Below the pieces are notes generated by a model. It made no database searches, was not told the DNA's origin, and saw only the letters and a list, made by a program, of their open reading frames with translations. Source: a virus (lineage: Duplodnaviria; Caudoviricetes). Taken from it: DNA of 39,162 nucleotides. The position numbers were made by a program, and so were the translations under genes. The DNA lies in the IMG/VR virus record IMGVR_UViG_3300044305_001204, positions 1 through 39,162 of that record. One strand, written 5' to 3'. Position 1 is the first letter of the stretch; each line of letters opens with the position of its first letter. Shown one piece after another: positions 8,771 through 17,918 of this stretch.

Positions 8771-9122
8771 CAATTTCTCCTTTCTCATATAAATTAATTG
8801 ATATAGGATAATATTTTCTTTCTTGTTTATCCCATTTTAGTAGATTGTATTTACCATTAGTAATATCAGAAACTATAGAACATGCTACACCTATTAGTGC
8901 AGGATCTCCTGTTAATAATAAATGATCTCCTTCTTTAAAATTTTTTAAACCTTTTCTTAATTTATAAATTAAAGGTCCAGGAGAAAAAATCATTTGTGAA
9001 AATTCAGGAAGTAAAAATACTAACTTACCATGATGAGTAGCACCCATAATATTTATTTTAGGTGTACCCGCTTGGCTTCCCGCAACTTCTTGTATAACGT
9101 AAACTATATTTTCTTCTTTCAT
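8760..9122 (-). CDS. Phage hypothetical protein, 120 aa; first gene of the replication operon
   Basis: MKEENIVYVIQE...LLLTGDP...LLKWD; the ORF-track extension to 9224 crosses the promoter and helicase start and is unlikely. Confidence 0.8.
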   Translation of the reverse strand: MKEENIVYVIQEVAGSQAGTPKINIMGATHHGKLVFLLPEFSQMIFSPGPLIYKLRKGLKNFKEGDHLLLTGDPALIGVACSIVSDITNGKYNLLKWDKQERKYYPISINLYEKGEIDVD

Positions 9123-9125
9123 GCC

Positions 9126-9158
9126 TTGACATATAGTGCATGATGGATTATATGTCAA
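9126..9158. promoter_or_regulatory. Palindromic bidirectional sigma70-type promoter/operator
   Basis: TTGACATATA-N13-TATATGTCAA: each strand reads TTGACA-N17-TATATG; lies between divergent genes. Confidence 0.7.
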
Positions 9159-9179
9159 CCCATAGAAAGAAAAAAGATT

Positions 9180-10616
9180 ATGAGTATAAAATATAAATTT
9201 AAAATGAAACCGTATAAGCATCAAATGACTGCTTTAGAAAAGTCATGGAATCAAGTTACGTACGCTTATTTTATGGAAATGGGTACAGGTAAAACAAAAG
9301 TGTTAATAGATAATATGTCTATGCTTTATGATAAAGGTAAAATAGATGGTGCTTTAATTGTTGCACCTAAAGGTGTTGTTAAAACTTGGTATGAACAAGA
9401 ACTACCTGCACACTTACCAAAACATATAGAAAATGTGACTATATTGTGGCAACCTAATATTACTAAAAAACAACAAGAAAAATTAGAAAGTTTATTTGAA
9501 GTAGAAGAATCTTTACACATATTAGTTATGAATGTTGAAGCTTTATCTACAACTAAAGGTGTTGACTTTGCACTAAAATTTTTAAACTCTCATAGATCTT
9601 TAATGGCTATTGATGAATCTACTACAATTAAAAATCCTTCTGCTAAAAGAACTAAAAACATAATTAAACTTGCAGAAATAACTAGATACAGAAGAATTAT
9701 GACAGGTTCTCCTGTTACTAAAAACCCATTAGATTTATATAGCCAATGTGAATTTTTAAGTCCTTATCTTTTAGATTTTACTTCTTATTATGCATTTAGA
9801 AATAGATATGCTGAAATGAAAACTTTGCATGTTAGGGGTAGATCAATACAAGTTGTTAAACAATTTGTTAATTTAGGTGAATTATCAGAAACATTAAAAA
9901 ATTTTTCTTACAGAGTATTAAAAGAAGATTGTTTAGATTTACCTCCTAAAATATACATGAAACGTAATATAACATTAACAGCAGATCAAAGAAAAGTTTA
10001 TGAAGAAATGAAAAAGCAAGCAGTAGCTCATCTTAATGGTAAAGCTTCAAGCACTATGACTGTTCTTACTCAACTCATGAGATTGCAACAAATAACTTGT
10101 GGTCATTTTGTTGCAAATGATGGCTCTACACAAGAAATAAAAAGTAATAGATTAAATGAATTAATGGACGTTCTTTATGAAATAGAAGGAAAAGCTATTA
10201 TATGGGCTCACTGGCAAAAAGATATAACTAATATAATTAAAGCAGTTGTTGAAGAATATGGTCCTGAATCTATTGTTGATTATTATGGGTTAACACCACA
10301 AGAAGAAAGACAAGAAAATATACGTAAATTTCAAAACGACTCTAAATGTAGGTTTATTGTAGGTACACCTCAAACTGGTGGTTATGGTATTACACTTACA
10401 CAGGCTAATACTGTTATATATTTTTCTAATGGTTACGATTTAGAAAAAAGATTGCAGTCAGAAGACAGAGCGCACAGAATAGGACAAACAAAATCGGTAA
10501 CATATGTAGATATTATAGCTGAAGATACAGTTGATGAAAAAATAGTAAAAGCATTACGTAATAAAATAAATATAGCTTCTCAAGTCCTTGGGGAAGAACT
10601 TAAATCCTGGATTTAG
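9180..10616 (+). CDS. SNF2-like superfamily 2 helicase
   Basis: EMGTGKT, IDEST, MTGSP, LMRLQQ, GGYGITLT, QSEDRAHRIGQ; only plus-strand gene. Confidence 0.93.
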   Translation: MSIKYKFKMKPYKHQMTALEKSWNQVTYAYFMEMGTGKTKVLIDNMSMLYDKGKIDGALIVAPKGVVKTWYEQELPAHLPKHIENVTILWQPNITKKQQEKLESLFEVEESLHILVMNVEALSTTKGVDFALKFLNSHRSLMAIDESTTIKNPSAKRTKNIIKLAEITRYRRIMTGSPVTKNPLDLYSQCEFLSPYLLDFTSYYAFRNRYAEMKTLHVRGRSIQVVKQFVNLGELSETLKNFSYRVLKEDCLDLPPKIYMKRNITLTADQRKVYEEMKKQAVAHLNGKASSTMTVLTQLMRLQQITCGHFVANDGSTQEIKSNRLNELMDVLYEIEGKAIIWAHWQKDITNIIKAVVEEYGPESIVDYYGLTPQEERQENIRKFQNDSKCRFIVGTPQTGGYGITLTQANTVIYFSNGYDLEKRLQSEDRAHRIGQTKSVTYVDIIAEDTVDEKIVKALRNKINIASQVLGEELKSWI

Positions 10617-10625
10617 TAGGATATA

Positions 10626-10639
10626 CGCGCGTAGCGCGC
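10626..10639. terminator. Short GC hairpin at the convergence of the helicase and lysis genes
   Basis: CGCGC-GTA-GCGCG, with an alternative register GCGCG-TAG-CGCGC; no clean U-tract. Confidence 0.4.
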
Positions 10640-10646
10640 TGAAATT

Positions 10647-10766
10647 TTAAAATAGTATAACAGCCACTAATATTGCAATAAGTATAAGACCTATGTGATC
10701 GTTAGGCCAAGATATTAGCAATTTAGTTTTGCTTTCAACAAAAAATTTTTTAATTTTATCTATCAT
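10647..10766 (-). CDS. Unannotated 39 aa single-TM protein, candidate lysis accessory/holin
   Basis: MIDKIKKFFVESKTKLLISWPNDHIGLILIAILVAVILF; starts 2 nt after the endolysin stop with AAGGA RBS. Confidence 0.65.
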   Translation of the reverse strand: MIDKIKKFFVESKTKLLISWPNDHIGLILIAILVAVILF

Positions 10767-10768
10767 TG

Positions 10769-11254
10769 TTATCCTTTTACTTTTCCACCTTCCCATTTCA
10801 TCTCCGGCAGTCCGTTTTCGTAGCTTTTGCCGTCATAGGTCAGCACTTGTTTTCTGTTAGCTCCTTTTTCATTATAGCTAACATGCACCCAGCCACCCGC
10901 TGGATCATTTGGATTGTAGAATTCTAAAATTAATTGATCGAAATCTACATTGTTTTGTAACCAATACGCTACTTGAATGTTAGGCACACCTGCTATTTCA
11001 AAGTCAACCGCTTGGCCCTTTGCATGTTGCGACGTTTTTTTGCTGCCGATCGCTTCACACAGCGCCTCAGAGCGATAGCCTGATGTTATTGTTACAGGTT
11101 TGTCAAACTTTGCACGAACTGGTTCTAAAATTTCGTAACAAACGTTTTCTAAATTTTTTATATCACCGGCTCCTGGAGAATTATCTATCCCTTTTCGAGT
11201 CGCGGTCATTGACTTGGTCATCTCTTCTAATTTAAAATGTTTTGATAGTTGCAT
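10769..11254 (-). CDS. Endolysin, peptidase M15A family Zn-peptidase
   Basis: LSKHFKLEE, ITSGYRS, SQHAKGQAVDF (H..D ligands), WVHVS. Confidence 0.92.
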   Translation of the reverse strand: MQLSKHFKLEEMTKSMTATRKGIDNSPGAGDIKNLENVCYEILEPVRAKFDKPVTITSGYRSEALCEAIGSKKTSQHAKGQAVDFEIAGVPNIQVAYWLQNNVDFDQLILEFYNPNDPAGGWVHVSYNEKGANRKQVLTYDGKSYENGLPEMKWEGGKVKG

Positions 11255-11264
11255 GATTTTATTT

Positions 11265-11462
11265 TTATGTTGGTGAGTTAGTTAATAGCATAAAGATCAT
11301 ATTAGCCATACCCATAATTAACATACCCGCTGAAACTAATACAATTTTTTCTAACCTACTTATTTGGTTTTCTATTTTATTAATTTTATCATGAGTTTGC
11401 TTTTGCATAATTCTGCAAAGCTTTTCATGCTCTTCTATTTTTTGTAAAGCGTTTTTAGCCAT
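11265..11462 (-). CDS. Small coiled-coil + C-terminal TM protein (XhlA/holin-like)
   Basis: HEKLC motif, coiled coil, TM IVLVSAGMLIMGMANMIFMLL; adjacent to the endolysin. Confidence 0.65.
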   Translation of the reverse strand: MAKNALQKIEEHEKLCRIMQKQTHDKINKIENQISRLEKIVLVSAGMLIMGMANMIFMLLTNSPT

Positions 11463-14400
11463 TATACTCTTTTAGCAATTTCCTTTTCTGTCTCTGATAG
11501 TAAGGCATTCTGACTACGTGTCAAGCCCGTATTTGTATTACTTGCAAGCATTTTATTGTTAATTTTTGGTTGAGGTGTTTCAGGTAGTGGTGGTGCTTGC
11601 ACTTTAAAATCATTTGACAAAGGATTTAAAAGTTTGTTAATACCTTTTTTAATTACAGGAGAAAATTTTCTTAAAGTTGATTTAATAAATCCTTCATCTC
11701 TTATTGGATCACCGTTGTCATTTAAAATCATATTACCTTTTTTATCTAATACGTAATCAAATTTTTCTGGATCGTATTCATTACCTTTTTCAAAAAAATC
11801 TTTGTCTTCGTATTCATCCATAATATCTTCTAGTTCGTTTTCTGGAAAAACAAAATCTTCATTAAGTCTATAATTAAATTTGCCATACATTTTATCTAAT
11901 TCATTTTCAATAGTTTCTACTTTAGTTTCAAATCTTTTTTCAGAAAATTGAACAGGAGTAAATTCACCATCCATTAATGTTTTAACTAATTTTTTACTTG
12001 CACCTGAAGCTCTCATTATATCTTCAATATCACTTTCACTTAAATCTAAAAGTTTTAAATCTTGTATTCTAATAAACATATCTTTTTGTATTCTAAATGC
12101 TTCTTCTTGCATTTTTGTAAACGTTTTAACCATATCTCCCGGTGTATTATTTTGATAGTTGTCTACATTATAAAATTCTTCATTTTCATCAACAGCTCTT
12201 AATAATCTTCCCATTTCAGATGTAAAATATCTTAAGTCTTTTTTTACATCAATACGAATAATTCTAGTACCTGCAAACAATGCAAGCAATTCGTCTTTTA
12301 AATTTAAAGGTTTACCACCTCTAGTTAAATCTTTTCCAATAGCACCTTCAATTTTATCTGCACTTACAAATACACCTGGTTTTACACCATCTAATATGTA
12401 TGCAAAAGATTTTGCAAACTTATCTCCAATACTATCTGATGCAGAATAAACTGTACCACCCTGATCTTTTCTACCATTTCTTACAGTTACATCTAACACT
12501 CTGTCATAACCAATAGGTTCGGTTATAAATGGTGATAAAAAAGTCATTACTGGTCCATCTTCAGCAAACATAACACTCATTACATAGTCATCTGTTTGTT
12601 GTGGATTTAAATTTTGTTTATTAGCTTGGTTAATAGCTGCTTCTAATGGTGCCCATAAACTATCATATGGTGAAAAGTATGAAAAATTAATGGCCGCAGA
12701 CTCTCCATCTTTCCAACCTTTAATTGCTAAAAGATTAGAGTTTTTATCCCATGGTGCAGCTGACGAACGTTTGTATGCATCCCACTGTGCATCAGTAGAA
12801 TTAGTTAAGAACTGAGCAAGTTGTACTAATCCAGTTCCTGTTGCATAACTTGTTAAAAAAGCACCTTGTAATCTTCTTATACCCATCTGTCTTATTGCGG
12901 GGTTTTTACTAGAAGCTTCTTTTAATCCTATAGCCATAACATTTGTTCCTGTTCTAAGTATTTCTGCAGGAAACGATATAAAAGCACCTAGTGGTAATTT
13001 TCTTAAAGCTTGTATTGCTGGTGGTACTTTAGAATATGTTGGATAAGTATTTCTAACTAAGTATGCAGATGCTTCATCAATAGCATCGTCAAATGTTTTT
13101 ATTTGTCCTGTGATAGGATTTATAGGTACAAATTCTTCACCCATATCTTTGTACCATTGTTTCATGTCATCTAAATTTTTTACTGCTCTATGTAATTGTG
13201 ATCTAGAAAATTCAAATCCAAAGTGTTTCCATAAGTTATCACCACCTGCATATAGTCTTGCAACTTTATCTGTTGGTGCCATTTTAATAAGTTTATCAAA
13301 TAATTTATCTGTAGTGTTTACAGTGTTGTTTTTTATTTGATTCATAATTGCTTTTAATTCTGAAGCTACGACGTTTTCATCCCATACACCAAGTCTAACT
13401 AATTTTTCTACATAATTATTAAACTCAACATCATTTATGTTTTTCTTTCCTGCTTCAAATATATCATCTAATACAATTTTCATTGCATTTGTAACACTAG
13501 CTCTACCACCAATGTGACCATTCATTAATGCAAAGAATGCAGCTGACGTTACGTTTCTAACTTGTGTTTGTGGTGAGTATAATGTTTTACCTATTTGTAC
13601 TCCAACTTTACCTTGCATAATGTGTCTGTATATTGGAATAGCTATTAAGTTATCTAACGTTCCACCTACACCTTGAAACATTTGTACATACTCTGGTGAT
13701 GTAAATAATTCTGTTAGGTCAGATTTCATATGTCTACCAAACCTAGGTATTTTTCTAATCATTTCTGGATTAGCAATACCAGCACCTATTGCTTCATCAG
13801 CAGATCTAAATAACCAACCATTTTTTAAACCTGATTGTGCTATGTAATCACCAGCTCTTTTGTTAGCCATAGCTGATATCATTTCTGCGGTTGTATAACT
13901 TACAGATGCTTTTAAATTTTTTTCTGGTCCTAATAATTTTTGTATAACATCAGGTAATTCTTCTCCTGTTTTTATCATTTTTATTTTACCTAATTTTAAA
14001 ATGTCAGCTATATCTTTCATTTGTTTTAACGGATTTTTTCCTTCAGCTCTTGCTGTGTGTAATACAGAATTAATCATCATCTTACCATGTTCAAAGTATC
14101 TAGCATTTAAATCTTTTAAATTTGCATGTCTGTTTTCAGCTATTTCTCTTAAAGTTTTATTTTTTCTAATTACATTATCTACTACCCACTTTACTGAATT
14201 GTTAAATATTTTTTCATCTGGAACATAATTTGGTTTTGTAAATGTAGAAAATGATTTAACTAAATAACTTCTTATTTTATTTAATTCTATGTTAGCTATT
14301 TCTTTTGTATACTTGTCCCCGTCTTTACCTTTTGGTAAAGATTTTTGAAACTCTTTCATTATGTTTTTTATTTCTAATTTTAAATCAGCAGCTAATGGCT

Positions 14401-15847
14401 GCATTTCTTCTGGTAAATCATTTTTTTTAAATTGATCTCTTAAAAAACTATCTACATCATCTAAATATTTTTTTAATAATGCAGGAGAAACTACATTTGA
14501 ATTGTGTTGATTTTGAAAAGCTTTAGCTAATTGATATGCTTTATTATCTAAAGCTTCAAGTGTTCTATCTATCTTTCTAGCTCTACCTCTAATATACAAC
14601 ATTACTTGCTCGTTAACACCTTCTATATCTTTTGGTGCTTTACCATATGATCTAAACCAAGATAATATATTATCCATTCTTTTTAAAACTCTGTCTGATT
14701 TATTAGGGGATGTTATAGAACTTAATCTCCATTTTTCAAAAGGCGGTAATTGATTTATTTTTTTAAACATATTCTTACCAGAAAATGCTGTTACGATTGC
14801 AGGTGCTAAAGCTTTTGTTAATGCAAAATCCGTAGCATTACGTATGAATCTTGCACTACCTCCAACAACAGGTTCAACTAAAGGTCTTGAAGCAAGATAA
14901 CTTATTGGTCTAAATACAGCTGTATTAACACCTTTAGCTCCAAACCTAGCAGTTTGTTTTATAAAAGGTGCAAGTCCATATTTATATCCTAGTTGTGCAG
15001 CTTTACCTACAATTGGAAAACCACCACCAACTAACATACCTTCTTGTCCATATTTAATTTTATTTCTAAATGATGCAGCTGCTCTTTCTTTACCTGTTAA
15101 TCCTTCTGTAGATTCTGGTTCAAAGAAAAAAGATTGTCTACCAGGTTCTGAAGCTAAAAAATCTGTAGCACCTACAACAGTTATACCTTCAATAGCTCTT
15201 GCTGCAATCTTGCTTATTTTTCTTGTGTTTGCACCTTTAATGCCGTTTATAATTTTATTTATTTGACCAACAGTTTTAGTTGCTCTTAATACTTTTTGTA
15301 TAATGCCACCAGGTATTGCAAATTGTACCATCAATCCAACAAGATCACCTCTCCATGTTTCAGGTCTATCAGGTTTTTTGTTAGGGTCTTTCATCATTTT
15401 ATCAAACCCTTCTAAAAAATCTGTACTAAAAGTGTAATCTAATCCTGTAAATAATAATTCTTTAACACCCATTTCTAAATCATAAGCACCAGAGTCTACA
15501 CCTTTTGATATTTCGTCTATAATGGATATGTAATCTTTATGATCACCATCTTTTAATAAATCCATGGTATCAACTTTTTTATTATGTTTTTTAGACATGT
15601 AGCCATCTAACAATATTTTCATGTTAGGACTGCCTTTTAAAATAAATCTAGCTAAACTTTTATCTTCTTTCTGAAATGGATTAAAAGGTCTTAAATATTT
15701 TACAGGTTTTTTAGGTTCACCAATTCCTTCTAATGCTTTTAAAAATGATTTTTGAAAATCATTAAGGGTACGATATTCACCTTCTACTGTTTTTGGTTCT
15801 GTATTGGCTGTATCTTTTTTGTATCGCTCTAAAGCAGTATCGGCCAT
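11462..15847 (-). CDS. Large internal virion/DNA-ejection protein, 1461 aa
   Basis: Size, helical composition and position as last of the internal-protein cluster; GAFISFPAEILR motif; GGAGG RBS. Confidence 0.7.
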   Translation of the reverse strand: MADTALERYKKDTANTEPKTVEGEYRTLNDFQKSFLKALEGIGEPKKPVKYLRPFNPFQKEDKSLARFILKGSPNMKILLDGYMSKKHNKKVDTMDLLKDGDHKDYISIIDEISKGVDSGAYDLEMGVKELLFTGLDYTFSTDFLEGFDKMMKDPNKKPDRPETWRGDLVGLMVQFAIPGGIIQKVLRATKTVGQINKIINGIKGANTRKISKIAARAIEGITVVGATDFLASEPGRQSFFFEPESTEGLTGKERAAASFRNKIKYGQEGMLVGGGFPIVGKAAQLGYKYGLAPFIKQTARFGAKGVNTAVFRPISYLASRPLVEPVVGGSARFIRNATDFALTKALAPAIVTAFSGKNMFKKINQLPPFEKWRLSSITSPNKSDRVLKRMDNILSWFRSYGKAPKDIEGVNEQVMLYIRGRARKIDRTLEALDNKAYQLAKAFQNQHNSNVVSPALLKKYLDDVDSFLRDQFKKNDLPEEMQPLAADLKLEIKNIMKEFQKSLPKGKDGDKYTKEIANIELNKIRSYLVKSFSTFTKPNYVPDEKIFNNSVKWVVDNVIRKNKTLREIAENRHANLKDLNARYFEHGKMMINSVLHTARAEGKNPLKQMKDIADILKLGKIKMIKTGEELPDVIQKLLGPEKNLKASVSYTTAEMISAMANKRAGDYIAQSGLKNGWLFRSADEAIGAGIANPEMIRKIPRFGRHMKSDLTELFTSPEYVQMFQGVGGTLDNLIAIPIYRHIMQGKVGVQIGKTLYSPQTQVRNVTSAAFFALMNGHIGGRASVTNAMKIVLDDIFEAGKKNINDVEFNNYVEKLVRLGVWDENVVASELKAIMNQIKNNTVNTTDKLFDKLIKMAPTDKVARLYAGGDNLWKHFGFEFSRSQLHRAVKNLDDMKQWYKDMGEEFVPINPITGQIKTFDDAIDEASAYLVRNTYPTYSKVPPAIQALRKLPLGAFISFPAEILRTGTNVMAIGLKEASSKNPAIRQMGIRRLQGAFLTSYATGTGLVQLAQFLTNSTDAQWDAYKRSSAAPWDKNSNLLAIKGWKDGESAAINFSYFSPYDSLWAPLEAAINQANKQNLNPQQTDDYVMSVMFAEDGPVMTFLSPFITEPIGYDRVLDVTVRNGRKDQGGTVYSASDSIGDKFAKSFAYILDGVKPGVFVSADKIEGAIGKDLTRGGKPLNLKDELLALFAGTRIIRIDVKKDLRYFTSEMGRLLRAVDENEEFYNVDNYQNNTPGDMVKTFTKMQEEAFRIQKDMFIRIQDLKLLDLSESDIEDIMRASGASKKLVKTLMDGEFTPVQFSEKRFETKVETIENELDKMYGKFNYRLNEDFVFPENELEDIMDEYEDKDFFEKGNEYDPEKFDYVLDKKGNMILNDNGDPIRDEGFIKSTLRKFSPVIKKGINKLLNPLSNDFKVQAPPLPETPQPKINNKMLASNTNTGLTRSQNALLSETEKEIAKRV

Positions 15848-15848
15848 T

Positions 15849-16958
15849 TTACGCCTCCGATGGTAATACTAAATTAACATTATATTTTTTGTTAAATTGA
15901 TCTACGTCTTGTTGTGTTGCAATAGTTGCAAAATCTTCTAAAGCTTCTGGACTAGCTGCAAGTAATTTTACTATATCATCACCTATTTCCTGCGGTAATC
16001 TAGCTCTTAGTGTTGCATAATCTATTCTGTCTTCTGGTCCTTGGTCCATGGTTGCTGTTTCTTGCATCTCCATACCTGGAGCTTTCATAGTTAAAGTTTC
16101 AGTCATGGCTCCTGGCATAGAACCTTGTTGGTATCCTATTCGACCACCATCAGCTTCTTCTACTCTGTCAGGTACGCTTGCAAAAAATTCAGCATATTGT
16201 CTATACGCTTCTTTTAATAATTCAGGATCATTATCACCATCTGGATATTTTTTAATTTTTTGACCAGGATTATTAGGGTCATCTATCATTTCATTTTCTA
16301 GTCTTTTTACAATACTTTTTAATACATCTTCAGCAAATTCAGTTTGTTGCATTAATGATTTACCTACAGCATTTTCTTTAGATAAATAATCTAGTCTAGC
16401 TTGTTTTCTACTTAATTCATCTGTAACGTCTTCGCCACCATCTGCACGTTTTTTAAGTTCTATAATATCCAACATTGTTCTTTCAATATCATTAGCTACT
16501 TCTAATTTAGCATATGTTTTTCCACCACCTGTATTACCCGCAGCTTCTGCTGCAATGTCAATGTTTCCTTGTAATAATGTTTTAAATAAATCTGCTTCAC
16601 CTGCTTGTCTACCTAATCTTTGTGCATCTATATCTTCATTTAAAGTTTTTAAAGGTCCTCTAGCTGCTGTTGCTGCTGTAGATAAAAATCCACCTCTTGG
16701 TGGTGTTGACATAAGATTTAAACCAAAGTCCATTAAAAATCTATTTAAGCCTTCGCCTTGTGGTCTTTGAAAATAAGGTTGGTAAGCTGATCTTATTGCT
16801 GGATCTTGTACTTGTTTAGATGTGTCTTGTAATATTTTAGCCATATCAAAATTCATACCACTTTGATAATTAACTCTTGGTGTATCTAACCCTGAAGTTA
16901 TACCTTCATTAGTAGAGCCACCTCTTCTAAACATTGGTCGTCTTAATATTCTGTTCAT
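15849..16958 (-). CDS. Internal virion protein, 369 aa
   Basis: MFRRGG and ADGGRIGYQQG motifs; position in the ejection cluster. Confidence 0.65.
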   Translation of the reverse strand: MNRILRRPMFRRGGSTNEGITSGLDTPRVNYQSGMNFDMAKILQDTSKQVQDPAIRSAYQPYFQRPQGEGLNRFLMDFGLNLMSTPPRGGFLSTAATAARGPLKTLNEDIDAQRLGRQAGEADLFKTLLQGNIDIAAEAAGNTGGGKTYAKLEVANDIERTMLDIIELKKRADGGEDVTDELSRKQARLDYLSKENAVGKSLMQQTEFAEDVLKSIVKRLENEMIDDPNNPGQKIKKYPDGDNDPELLKEAYRQYAEFFASVPDRVEEADGGRIGYQQGSMPGAMTETLTMKAPGMEMQETATMDQGPEDRIDYATLRARLPQEIGDDIVKLLAASPEALEDFATIATQQDVDQFNKKYNVNLVLPSEA

Positions 16959-16964
16959 ATTATG

Positions 16965-17918
16965 CTAGTTTGTTTTATATCCTTTAAATCCAGCAGCACC
17001 TTGACCTAGTGCTCTAAAGATACCAGCTCCTGCTGTTCCTAATCCTACTGCTGTCTGTAACGGCGTAGGGTTTGGTATGTTAGTTGTTTGATATTGTGCA
17101 GGATAACCACCCATTAATCCAGTTACCTGACCAGCAAATCTATCCATTTGTTCTTGTGGCATAAATGCTGACATCCTATTTGCTTCTCTTGTTGCGTCTA
17201 GACCTGCTTGTGTTTGTGCCTGGTTCATTGCGCCCAACTGACCTAATGTAGAAATTCTGTCTGTTTGTAATCCAGGCACAGCACTCATCAGACCTAGCTG
17301 AGTTTGTAAATCTTGTCCTCTTTGAGCTTGTGCTTGATTGAAACCTTCTTGTAACATTCCAGCTTGTAGTAAAGCTCTATTTCTATCTGATCCTAATTGA
17401 TATTCTGATTGCATAACACCTTCTCTACCACCACCAAACGCACCTGATTGTACAGCTTGATCACTTATTTGCTGTCTATTGATTGCTGCGTTTCTATCAA
17501 ACTCTGCAAGTGATGCTTCCATAACTTGCGATTGATAAGGCGACATGTATTGTTGTTGCTGTGTTGCGGACATTGGCCCAGTTAATTGTTGGGCTGCTGT
17601 TAAATATGGTTGAAATGAACCTAAACCACCTGCTGTTGCAGCAGTGCTTGCCATTTGTTGTGCTTGTGTTTGTAATGCATCTAGACCTGCTACTTGTGGT
17701 GCAAGTCCTGCTAAACTATCTTGTCTAATATCAAACTGTTGACCAGCTTTTGTTCTGGCATCGAATTGTGCTTGTGTTTCACCAGCTTGTTTCGTAAGGC
17801 CGGCAGTGCCTGGCGCTACTACTGGTATGGCCGTTTGGGCCGTAATCTGTGTTGCAAGATCTTTACCTATATCTTCTATAAACTGTGCGGGTAAATTTCT
17901 TACTGTTTCCGTAGCCAT
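16965..17918 (-). CDS. Gln/Ala/Gly-rich DNA pilot/ejection protein
   Basis: YMSPYQSQV, SGAFGGGREG, Q-rich coil, Gly-rich hydrophobic C-terminus. Confidence 0.7.
   Translation of the reverse strand: MATETVRNLPAQFIEDIGKDLATQITAQTAIPVVAPGTAGLTKQAGETQAQFDARTKAGQQFDIRQDSLAGLAPQVAGLDALQTQAQQMASTAATAGGLGSFQPYLTAAQQLTGPMSATQQQQYMSPYQSQVMEASLAEFDRNAAINRQQISDQAVQSGAFGGGREGVMQSEYQLGSDRNRALLQAGMLQEGFNQAQAQRGQDLQTQLGLMSAVPGLQTDRISTLGQLGAMNQAQTQAGLDATREANRMSAFMPQEQMDRFAGQVTGLMGGYPAQYQTTNIPNPTPLQTAVGLGTAGAGIFRALGQGAAGFKGYKTN

Noticed and set aside
9123-9224. N-terminal extensions given by the ORF track (also 5826-5849, 7390-7413, 1499-1522, 8771-8788)
   Set aside because: They overlap promoters, hairpins or neighbouring genes; downstream ATGs have better RBS or coupling
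11462-15847. Virion RNA polymerase or lytic transglycosylase in the 1461 aa protein
   Set aside because: No DxDGD or single-subunit RNAP motif and no SLT motif recognisable
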